A stretch of 64,000 nt of DNA from Candidatus Heimdallarchaeota archaeon (GTDB lineage: Archaea; Asgardarchaeota; Heimdallarchaeia; JABLTI01), in assembly GCA_018238155.1 (NCBI GenBank), contig JABCTZ010000025.1, positions 32,001-96,000 of the forward strand, given 5' to 3'. Within the stretch, counting starts at the first letter, position 1. Every line of letters starts with the position of its first letter. Of the stretch, positions 10,900-19,407 are shown piece by piece. A model generated the notes under the pieces. The model saw only the letters and a list, made by a program, of their open reading frames with translations, did not search any database and was not told the DNA's origin. The translations under genes were made by a program, and so were the position numbers.

Positions 10900-11562
10900 A
10901 TGACAAATGAAAATAACAATCTTACAGTTGCTGCTCCTGATAAATGGATGGCAGGATGGGATAAATATTTTGATAAATTATTAGAACAATCTGATGAAGA
11001 ATTGATGAATTTATCTGCAATTAGTCACCCGATTCAGTGTTTAGCTGCTCCAATACGTGGTAAAGCTAATGATATGAAAGGGCTTGATTTAGCTTGTGGC
11101 GCAGGATCAACAGCACTCTTTTTAGCCAAATTAGGTGTTCAAATGGAAGCAATTGATGCATTGACAAGTGCAATAACTATCGTTACTAAGCGTGCAAAAT
11201 TACTTGGATTAACTGATAAATTAAATATCTATCAAAAGGACATTGATGGTTGGGAGATAATGCCGGAAAGTTACGATATCATTATTGCTTCACAATGTTT
11301 ACAATATCTCTTCAATCGTGCAATACCAAGATTAACAGAATTTGCTGCTGCTGTAAAACCGGGTGGGTTTTTAGTTTTTAGCGGAAATATCCCTCCTCAT
11401 TTCAAATTGGAACCACCAATGAAGTTTATTTATCAAGAAGAGTTGGATGAAATATTCAAAGGATGGTTATATCATAGCAAAGGGACCGATGAACGTTTAT
11501 TACGCCCAAATGATCTCAGAGGTTACATCTGGCTAGTAGCGCAGAAGCCAGAAAAGGAGTAA
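10900..11562 (+). CDS. Class I SAM-dependent methyltransferase (TehB-like)
   Basis: LDLACGAG, YDIII, VKPGG. Confidence 0.85.
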   Translation: MTNENNNLTVAAPDKWMAGWDKYFDKLLEQSDEELMNLSAISHPIQCLAAPIRGKANDMKGLDLACGAGSTALFLAKLGVQMEAIDALTSAITIVTKRAKLLGLTDKLNIYQKDIDGWEIMPESYDIIIASQCLQYLFNRAIPRLTEFAAAVKPGGFLVFSGNIPPHFKLEPPMKFIYQEELDEIFKGWLYHSKGTDERLLRPNDLRGYIWLVAQKPEKE

Positions 11563-11644
11563 GTTAGAAATTTATCCTTTTCATCTTTTTTTAAAAAAGA
11601 TAGTTTAAATACTCTATCAACTTGATTATCTATTAGGGATTTTT

Positions 11645-12067
11645 TTGGAATTAGAAAAACTTATTGGAAAAATTGCTGCGACTAAAAATAGTAAAAGAAT
11701 CGGAAGAATAACTAGAATTGAACGATTACCACATCTTTTAACAAAGAAGACAGTTCCTTATGTTTTCATCTTTGTTCAACAATTTATGAAAAAGGATGCT
11801 TTGGTGCCATTACTCGCAGATAAAATACTAAAGGTAGAAGGGAATTATGTGTGGTTCGATATTTTGAAAAAAGACTTTGATAAAAAAGTAAAATTTCATC
11901 GACTGAAAAATCGAGGAAACTTTGCAGATCATGATAAATTTTTAGATTTTACTGCTAATGTAAGGAAAGAGTATTTAGCATTGAATATCAGTCCAGCTCT
12001 AAGAAAACAAGAAAGAAGAAGAGGAAAAAAAATTATTTTCGAATCCTGTTCTTTTTTGATTTCCTGA
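11645..12067 (+). CDS. Basic hypothetical protein, possible PRC-barrel fold
   Basis: LIGK...KRIGRI pattern and VP...I.KVEG are PRC-like; overlaps the convergent gene by 35 bp. Confidence 0.5.
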   Translation: MELEKLIGKIAATKNSKRIGRITRIERLPHLLTKKTVPYVFIFVQQFMKKDALVPLLADKILKVEGNYVWFDILKKDFDKKVKFHRLKNRGNFADHDKFLDFTANVRKEYLALNISPALRKQERRRGKKIIFESCSFLIS

Positions 12068-14507
12068 AATGTGTTTCTATAAAACCTGCTTGTAAACTTG
12101 ATAGTAAAAGTTGAATACCATCAGTTAATTCTAGCAATGTTTTACTTTCAAAATCTCTTTTTTGCAAGATTTGTATTTCCTCAAATAGTTCTGGGTGGAA
12201 TTGCAAAGCGTAATCTCTTTTTATCATATTTGTTTTAGGATTATAGTAATAAATGACCATGCCAGCTATTTCAGTTAAATAATCTCCATCTTTACTATCT
12301 GTGCAATAAAGAGTTGAGCTAGGTATTTCAAGACCAAATGGTAAAGATGTTAATTCTCGTAAATTCTCATTTTCAAATAGTATCTCGAAATTCCTTTGGG
12401 AAAAGTCAGCTATTTTTTTAAAGGTCCAATTGAAAAATAGCACTGCTTCTTCATTTACTTCATCACCGTGCAACATAATTATATCTAGAGTTTCTAATGA
12501 ATAAAGATCTTCTAGTATTCCAGTTTGAAATTTGGCTGTTTCGTGGTATTCATCAAGCAAAGGTTTTGGATTCTTAGAAGTATCAGGTTGGAATTTTACT
12601 AATTTTTTAAGCCCTACTTCTGGTAATTCATTTCTTTTTACTGCAAAATATTGCCCTTTCAAGCCTGTTGCAATGATTTCTTTATTTCGATTTTTAACAA
12701 TTAGTTTATTCCCTTGTGAGTTTATTTCGTCAATTATTTTCAAAAACTCTTCACTGGCAACGGTACTCTTTTTTAAGATTATTTTAGCAATTTTCTCTGC
12801 TTTTTTGCTTAATCCTAAAATATAATCCCTAAATGTTTCTGCTACACCTTGATGCCCTAAACAAATGAAAAGTGCGGGGTTGGACCCAGGTGTATTTCTA
12901 GCTAAAACAATTGAACGTAGCAAATGCAGATAGTCTTTTCTTTCAAAGTTCCCTTTAGAGATCTCGGTAAAACTTTGGCTATCATAGAGTGATTGTCTTC
13001 CTCCCTCAACGATAACATATCTAAATGATCGCAAAAACTCTCCTACTGATTCGCCAATACAATGTTCTTTGACTTTTTCGAGAAACTTACTATAATTCAT
13101 TTCAGATAATTCAAGTATAACTACATTCCAGTCAAGTATTTCCTTTGTAATTGTAGCAAAATTTTTTGATGCATCTATCAGCTCACCCCATTGGTTTGAG
13201 CCAATAACAGTGTCAGGTTTTAAAATAATGGCCCACTTGCTTCTTTGACTTGGTTTTTTGAAATGACTCTTGTATATTTTTTCAAATTCTTTTACAGACC
13301 TGATAACAATTTGTTGCGTTTCTTTTTTATTCAAAAATCGTTGGATTTTCTGCAATGAAAGTTCAAATGGTAAATTGAAGAAAGGATCTTTTAGTGGAAT
13401 AGAGTACCCTATTAGCTTTTCAAATTTCTTTCTACTAGAATTAGATCTAAAATCAACTCCTGCAAGAAAAGCTATTTTTATGAAAATATCCAAAGGGATT
13501 TTGATTTTCTTAGCGAATTTTTCTAGCTCGTTCTTATGTCCTAAAAGGAAGGAGAGTTTTATTTGACTATGTGCAATACTAAAATCACCTGATGGAATAG
13601 CTCCTTTCAGTATTGGTAACCAAGCGTTTTGGTAAACGAAATCTTGAGTGCCCAAAGGAGTTTGTGAAGATAAGATAACTATCTTACCATTTGTAATCGC
13701 TTGTTCTATTGCGGGTAAAGGTGAATAACCAGATTTGACATCAGTGTTTATTGTCCCACTTCCATAGGCATTCAAAATTATTCCATCAGCAGTTGCAAAT
13801 CTATTCTTGTAATCATCTTCGGTCATCATTGGTGTAGTATTGACCACAATTATCTTTGGATTAAATTTGGTATCACAATAAGTAGTAAATCCAGCATCTT
13901 GGCATTCTTTAGCAATTCTTTCACAAATAGCAAACCAAGAATCTAGAATTAGGTCAGAAGAATCTTTGGACATTAAAGAAATTGATTCAAATTCTTGGTA
14001 GAAATCAGAGAATTTTTGTGTAATATATTCTGAAATTAGATTGGCTGTTGGAGTTAACACTCCATCTTCATTGGGTTCAGATTCGATTGTTCCCCCAGTT
14101 CTAATAAGAAATAATTTATCCAATTTACGATTTAAATTCAAGGGAAAGGCTCTACCACGAATGAAAATTTCATCTGAAGTAATCCTCGCAAGCTCTTCTC
14201 CACGGAAAGCATCGGGCGACCACTTGTCAATTTTCCAGAGGTCATCTTGAAATGCAGCTTGACCATTATTGAATACTACGAAAATATTTGGTCCTGTAAG
14301 TTGTGTGAGTAATTTAATTGAATTCTCAACATTAGGATAGACATCAGAAGAAGAAAATTGCATGCTCAATGGCACTTGTGATCCGGTAATAGCTACATTT
14401 GCAGGTAGATTCTTGAGCGTATATCTAATTGCACTTAGTGCCCAGGACATAGAATCTGTTCCATGAGTTAAAAGAAAACCTATTTTTTTGGAGTATTTTC
14501 GCACCAT
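12033..14507 (-). CDS. Permuted asparaginase/glutaminase fused to a class I glutamine amidotransferase domain
   Basis: THGTDS, TGSQ, K..DAF, TGGTI, KDSS and YGSG asparaginase motifs; ICLGHQ, HGDEV and QFHPE GATase motifs. Probable start ATG 14507. Confidence 0.85.
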   Translation of the reverse strand: MVRKYSKKIGFLLTHGTDSMSWALSAIRYTLKNLPANVAITGSQVPLSMQFSSSDVYPNVENSIKLLTQLTGPNIFVVFNNGQAAFQDDLWKIDKWSPDAFRGEELARITSDEIFIRGRAFPLNLNRKLDKLFLIRTGGTIESEPNEDGVLTPTANLISEYITQKFSDFYQEFESISLMSKDSSDLILDSWFAICERIAKECQDAGFTTYCDTKFNPKIIVVNTTPMMTEDDYKNRFATADGIILNAYGSGTINTDVKSGYSPLPAIEQAITNGKIVILSSQTPLGTQDFVYQNAWLPILKGAIPSGDFSIAHSQIKLSFLLGHKNELEKFAKKIKIPLDIFIKIAFLAGVDFRSNSSRKKFEKLIGYSIPLKDPFFNLPFELSLQKIQRFLNKKETQQIVIRSVKEFEKIYKSHFKKPSQRSKWAIILKPDTVIGSNQWGELIDASKNFATITKEILDWNVVILELSEMNYSKFLEKVKEHCIGESVGEFLRSFRYVIVEGGRQSLYDSQSFTEISKGNFERKDYLHLLRSIVLARNTPGSNPALFICLGHQGVAETFRDYILGLSKKAEKIAKIILKKSTVASEEFLKIIDEINSQGNKLIVKNRNKEIIATGLKGQYFAVKRNELPEVGLKKLVKFQPDTSKNPKPLLDEYHETAKFQTGILEDLYSLETLDIIMLHGDEVNEEAVLFFNWTFKKIADFSQRNFEILFENENLRELTSLPFGLEIPSSTLYCTDSKDGDYLTEIAGMVIYYYNPKTNMIKRDYALQFHPELFEEIQILQKRDFESKTLLELTDGIQLLLSSLQAGFIETHFRKSKKNRIRK

Positions 14508-14586
14508 CTCGTTTGTCACATCCGTGTTCAATTAAAAAGAAACACATTTAGAAAATAACTATTCTATGGTTATTTACCTTTTTTAC

Positions 14587-15621
14587 TCACTTGCTGTTTT
14601 GGAAGACAAAAGCAATCAAATTAGCAACAATGTTTGCATAATAACTAGATGAAATAGTAATGTCCTCAGATCCATCTACACGACTAAAAGTCAGTTTGAC
14701 TGAACCTTTTTTATAAGCTATATTTTGAACAAATTTCACTGCACGAGCCCAGATCTTTCCATCTTCGGAACCAAAAAGAATTCTTGAATTTGTGATAAAA
14801 CAATCACAAGGAATAGTACAATTAAAAGCACCATCAACTTTTTCGATATTCCCCCAGAAGAGGATTTTCTCAGTTTTTGAATCAAAACCAGGAATAACAA
14901 TTTTAATACGATCTTCTAAATCGATTATGGATGTTTCACGAATAATTTTAACACCAGTATCACTTCTTGCTCTTGTTTCCAAAGCAGGAAGCTTCTTAGT
15001 TATTTCTAACAATTCTTGCAACAATCTGTCTGAGAATCTAATCATTGTTTGAGATCCATTTGATCCTTTAATAAACAAAGCATCTTTTATCCCTAAAATA
15101 AGTGCTATTGGTTTATCGTTAGAAATGGTATGAATATTACATTTTTTCTTTGATAAAACATCTCGTAAATCATCAGAGATTTCTAAGTTGTTATCTATCC
15201 AAGCTTCCGGAAATTCATTATCTCCAATTATTGAAGAAATTGAACTAAAATTATTGAAAATCATAATAGGTGATACGTTGCTCTTCTGCGTAGACTTTTC
15301 CTGTAATCTAGAAATTCCTTTTTTAACACCTTTTATTGTAGAAACAATTGAATCAATTGCATTGTCAATGGTATTCTCTGGGGGAAGAGCTCTGAAGAGC
15401 ATTCCTTTTTCTATTGGAACTTTTGCTATAAATCCAAGCTCTATTAAACTATCTAGAACAGAATAAACTTTAGCTCGTGGTACTCCAGATTCCTTTGCAA
15501 TCAAATAAGCAGTAGCTTCACCTAAGACAAAGCTAGCAATGTATACTTGTGCTTGATATCTTTGCAATCCTATCTGTGTTAAACCATCAATTAGCTTATC
15601 GTCTATTTGCATAGCAATCAC
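14587..15621 (-). CDS. TrmB family transcriptional regulator with C-terminal PH/GRAM-like domain
   Basis: GL..YQAQVY...IAKESGVPRAKVYSVLDSL..LGF...FRALPP is a TrmB wHTH; C-terminal CFITNSRILF. Confidence 0.85.
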   Translation of the reverse strand: MIAMQIDDKLIDGLTQIGLQRYQAQVYIASFVLGEATAYLIAKESGVPRAKVYSVLDSLIELGFIAKVPIEKGMLFRALPPENTIDNAIDSIVSTIKGVKKGISRLQEKSTQKSNVSPIMIFNNFSSISSIIGDNEFPEAWIDNNLEISDDLRDVLSKKKCNIHTISNDKPIALILGIKDALFIKGSNGSQTMIRFSDRLLQELLEITKKLPALETRARSDTGVKIIRETSIIDLEDRIKIVIPGFDSKTEKILFWGNIEKVDGAFNCTIPCDCFITNSRILFGSEDGKIWARAVKFVQNIAYKKGSVKLTFSRVDGSEDITISSSYYANIVANLIAFVFQNSK

Positions 15622-15692
15622 TTCGAATTTAGTATTTTATGTAAAATAATTTGCTCTTATAACTAATTAATAGTTTGAAAAGATTTATTAAG

Positions 15693-15712
15693 GTTACTAC
15701 TCGAGTAGTAAC
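15693..15712. promoter_or_regulatory. Perfect 20-bp palindrome GTTACTACTCGAGTAGTAAC, candidate TrmB operator
   Basis: Perfect inverted repeat just downstream of a BRE/TATA-like GAAAAGATTTATTAA, between the divergent trmB-like and membrane protein genes. Confidence 0.7.
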
Positions 15713-15755
15713 TAATAACCTTTTGAGTTAAGAAAAAAATGGAGTTAGAAAATCA

Positions 15756-16520
15756 GTGATGAAAAAAAGAACTAAAAATAAACAATTCATAAATGGTTTC
15801 ACAATAATAATGTTTATTTTCTCAATTCTATTTGCTTTCCCTACAATAATTGAAGGGATAAATGTAAAAGTAAACTATCAAAGTTACATTGGAAGTAATG
15901 AAAATATCGCTCCTGGATCTTACAAAGTTGTGAAATTCGATTTAAAGAATAGTTATAGATTCAAGTTAATTGTTAGAGGTGAAAATTCAACAGGAACTAA
16001 TTCTACATCTAATGGTGATCATTATTATCTTGATTATAATCAAGTTCCAGTTGTTTTTGCATTACTAGCAGAAAATGAATTTTTAGATTGGCATAATTCT
16101 GGTGAGAATATACCAAATATAATCAATTCAACATATAGTTATACTGGAGAATTTATAAATTTAGAGAATATTGGGATCAAAGAAGAAAGTGATTATTATT
16201 TCATATTCTTTAATGCCAATCCATATGCAATTGATATTCATATAGATTTACAGATAACCCCTTGGGGTCATATACTAGCAACAAGTATAGTTGGTTTTGG
16301 TTTCTCAATATGTTTCTTAGCTTTACTAACAAAAATAGGTTTCACAATCTTTTATACAGTATACACAAAAGATAAACCAAAAATACTTACAGTTCAATCA
16401 CAAGGCAAAACTGAAGCAGTTTTACAACCAGAAAAAGAAGAAAGTTTTTGTGTTTCTTGTGGTGCACCAACAACAAAAAAAGATGGTCGTTATTGTCCAA
16501 ATTGTGGTTCATCAACATGA
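15756..16520 (+). CDS. Membrane protein with extracellular beta domain and C-terminal zinc ribbon
   Basis: N-terminal TM, YYFIFFN beta strand, second TM, FCVSCG...YCPNCG. Confidence 0.75.
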   Translation: MMKKRTKNKQFINGFTIIMFIFSILFAFPTIIEGINVKVNYQSYIGSNENIAPGSYKVVKFDLKNSYRFKLIVRGENSTGTNSTSNGDHYYLDYNQVPVVFALLAENEFLDWHNSGENIPNIINSTYSYTGEFINLENIGIKEESDYYFIFFNANPYAIDIHIDLQITPWGHILATSIVGFGFSICFLALLTKIGFTIFYTVYTKDKPKILTVQSQGKTEAVLQPEKEESFCVSCGAPTTKKDGRYCPNCGSST

Positions 16521-16679
16521 GCATCAAAATATAACACTTCAAACTAGAAATAATCCTCTAAACAAAAATAGAAATCTCCTCAAAAATCAAAGAGATGAGA
16601 AAACATCATCACCTAAAACGCATCATGTAAGGTTTGGTTTGCAATAGCTTTTCCTTATCTGATGTTCTCATTTCAAACA

Positions 16680-17063
16680 TTATATCTTTTTAGAAGAAAA
16701 TTCTTTGACTGCTTCAACTAAATCATCAAGATTTGATTTGCTGATAAATTTTACTGCTCCTGCTTGAAGGCATTTATCTTCATCTATAAGAAAACCAGAA
16801 CCTGAAACACAAATTATTGGTGTTTGTATATCTTTTTCACGTATCATAGTTACAGCTTCATGACCAAATAGCTGTGGAAGAGAATTATCACAAATGATTA
16901 TATCCCAATTTTTCTCAGAATTCAAAAGTTCTATTAATTTGATCTTACTATCAGCCCAATCATAATCTGAATTAGAAAACACTTGTTTAATATAATGAAA
17001 CATTAGGATAACGTCATCCTCTGAGTCTTCAATAAATAAGATATTTCTGAGCTCATTCATCAT
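16680..17063 (-). CDS. Single-domain response regulator
   Basis: ILFIEDSEDD, DIIICD, PIICVSG, FISK. Confidence 0.9.
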   Translation of the reverse strand: MMNELRNILFIEDSEDDVILMFHYIKQVFSNSDYDWADSKIKLIELLNSEKNWDIIICDNSLPQLFGHEAVTMIREKDIQTPIICVSGSGFLIDEDKCLQAGAVKFISKSNLDDLVEAVKEFSSKKI

Positions 17064-17521
17064 TTATCACAAGTTAATTTTGCTGTTTGATTTAACACTA
17101 ACCAATATAGACCAAGTTGTTTCACAGCCTCGATAAACTGATCAAAATCAACAGGTTTTGATATAAACGAGTTCGCTCCTAAACAATAACTTTTAACGAC
17201 ATCGTTTTCTTCTTTAGAAGTAGTTAAAATTACAACTGGAAGTTGTTTTGTTCTAGGGTCTTCTCGAATTCTTTTCAATACTTGCAACCCATCTAGTTTT
17301 GGCATTTTAAGATCAAGTAAAACTAATTCAGGCAAGATATTTCTATCTCGATCTTTATATTTGCCTTGTGCAAAAAGAAAGTTTATTGCTTCTTCCCCAT
17401 CTCTTACTACAATAAGTTCATTTAATACATTGCTTTTTTTAAATGCCCTTTGAGTTAATAATACATCATCAGGATTATCTTCAGCAAGTAGAATCATTTT
17501 TTTCATCTCTATTTTCTCCAT
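17060..17521 (-). CDS. Response regulator (Rcp1-like)
   Basis: ILLAEDNPDD, LLDLKMPKLDG, LTTS, GANSFISKP, YWL. Confidence 0.92.
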   Translation of the reverse strand: MEKIEMKKMILLAEDNPDDVLLTQRAFKKSNVLNELIVVRDGEEAINFLFAQGKYKDRDRNILPELVLLDLKMPKLDGLQVLKRIREDPRTKQLPVVILTTSKEENDVVKSYCLGANSFISKPVDFDQFIEAVKQLGLYWLVLNQTAKLTCDK

Positions 17522-17851
17522 TTTTAGTGATGTGCTTATAGTAATTTTTTGGTAAACAGTTCTTTCTTCCTAAAAATTATGTTCATTTTTTTAATGATTA
17601 ATATTGAAGTTTAATGTTTACTATAAAACTTTCCGTTTAGGAATGCAGCTATTTTTATTGAAAAACAATATATTTTATGATAGAAATTTAAAGAAACAAA
17701 TATAATTTAAATAGAAAAATGATTTTTTCTAAAATTTGAATCAGATTTTTTTAATGAATGCATGGATATTTGATAATATATGAGTGGTACTTTTCTTTTT
17801 AATTTAGAGTGAAAATAGTTATTTTGAGGATTAAACGGTAGGTTTAGATAA

Positions 17852-18907
17852 TTGATTGCTGCAGAAATTGAAACCTTTAAGGGTTTTATGGAAATTGAAC
17901 AAAGATCTCCGCATACTATAAGGCAATATATTGATATTCTTAGTTGGTTTGAAAAATTCCTAATTGAATCAAATATTGAATTCTGTCAATTAACAGAAAA
18001 TGATATAGTAAAGTTCCAACTATGGCTCAAGAAAAAGAAAGCAACAAAAGAATTCGTTAAACTTTACAAAAGAAAACCATCAGAACAGGAAGTACTACAA
18101 TTCTCTCGAGAGACCACCCTTCATGGAAAGAGTGTTTATAAGTATCTTTCAGCGATTAGAAAATTCTTAGAGGTAAATGAACAACAATTAAACTGGACTA
18201 AAATACCTACACCAAAATTTGATGATAATTTTAATCCTGATGTTCTAACTACAGATGAAATAACAAAAATAGTCGATACCGCAACAAAATACTGTACGTT
18301 TCAGCATTCAACTGTTACAGAAGAAAATTGTCTAAAATGTAAGAAATATCGACAACCAAAAAGCGAAAAAGCTGCTTTACAGAGAAAATACCCTAATGTT
18401 TGTTTTTATTTTGAAGGATTAAAATTCAATGCAATGTTCCGTATAGCATATGAAGCAGCTTTACGTACGGATGAGCTCTGTAACCTCAAAATAAAACATC
18501 TAGATCTTAACAAAAAAGAAGTTTTTATTGAAAAGCCTTTGAAGCATTCTCAACCTCAAGCAATTCCTCTTTCAAAGAGCTTAGTGAGAATTTTAGAACA
18601 ATATCTCGCTAAAAGAAAAGGTGCAACAGAGGGTGAAGAGTTTTTATTCCCAACAAAAATGGGTAAAAAATATCATCCGAATAATTTTGCTACACATATC
18701 TTTCGACCAATAGCCCGATTTGCCGGTTTTGATATTAGATACTATACTTTGAGGCATAGCAGAGCAACAAATCTATTAAAACAAGGTTTGGAAATTGGTT
18801 GGGTGCGAAGAATTACACGGCACAAAAACATCAACAATGTATTGAAATATATTCATTTATCTTCAGATGACATTCGTGAAGAAATGGAAAAAAGAAAGAT
18901 TCTTTGA
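17852..18907 (+). CDS. Tyrosine recombinase/integrase (XerA/XerD-like) with Cys-rich insertion
   Basis: SPHTIRQY, ALRTDEL (catalytic R), YTLRHSRAT, TRHKN, KYIH (catalytic Y). Confidence 0.9.
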   Translation: MIAAEIETFKGFMEIEQRSPHTIRQYIDILSWFEKFLIESNIEFCQLTENDIVKFQLWLKKKKATKEFVKLYKRKPSEQEVLQFSRETTLHGKSVYKYLSAIRKFLEVNEQQLNWTKIPTPKFDDNFNPDVLTTDEITKIVDTATKYCTFQHSTVTEENCLKCKKYRQPKSEKAALQRKYPNVCFYFEGLKFNAMFRIAYEAALRTDELCNLKIKHLDLNKKEVFIEKPLKHSQPQAIPLSKSLVRILEQYLAKRKGATEGEEFLFPTKMGKKYHPNNFATHIFRPIARFAGFDIRYYTLRHSRATNLLKQGLEIGWVRRITRHKNINNVLKYIHLSSDDIREEMEKRKIL

Positions 18908-18953
18908 TTTCATAAGCTGATTGTTGTAATTGAATCAACTTCATCAATGAATG

Positions 18954-19331
18954 CTACTCTTTTATGACAATTGTTTCCCATGCTATGGCTAATTTCTGTA
19001 ATGCATTCGAGAAAAAAACTGATGGGCAGTAAACATTATCCTTTTCATCAAATAGAACCATACCTCTAGTAACAAGTTTATTTAGTATCCGATAATAACT
19101 TGCCTTTGATATATATTCTCGATTTCTCATATATAGATCATACATTTTATCTTTAGTAATTGTTTGATTTCCTGATGTTAGTGTTTTTAGAATCATAATT
19201 GTTAAGCCATATTCTGGTGAATTTCTATCACCAGTAGAAATCAAAGCAGTTATTTCTTCTAATTCCATATTCGATGTAAGTTCTTCATAATTAAATACAA
19301 TTTTACCTTTCTTGCTCATAAGAAACACCAA
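18954..19331 (-). CDS. Winged-helix DNA-binding protein
   Basis: ISKASYYRILNKLVTRGMV wHTH signature; convergent with the integrase. Confidence 0.7.
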   Translation of the reverse strand: MVFLMSKKGKIVFNYEELTSNMELEEITALISTGDRNSPEYGLTIMILKTLTSGNQTITKDKMYDLYMRNREYISKASYYRILNKLVTRGMVLFDEKDNVYCPSVFFSNALQKLAIAWETIVIKE

Positions 19332-19334
19332 CTC

Positions 19335-19354
19335 AGTCTTATAAAAATAAGACT
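19335..19354. promoter_or_regulatory. Palindrome AGTCTTAT-AAAA-ATAAGACT upstream of the wHTH gene
   Basis: Perfect 8-4-8 inverted repeat directly before the start. Confidence 0.55.
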
Positions 19355-19407
19355 TTAAATTTTTTCCTAAAAAACAGGTTTGTCTTTGAAATATTGGATA
19401 AAGAAAT

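Noticed and set aside
7419-11562. RiPP biosynthetic cluster (TldDE + thioredoxin + methyltransferase)
   Set aside because: No precursor peptide, YcaO or radical SAM gene; TldDE pairs are common in archaea.
17522-19407. Integron with attC cassette array
   Set aside because: No repeated attC-like sites seen between neighbouring genes, and the integrase insertion is not at the IntI position.
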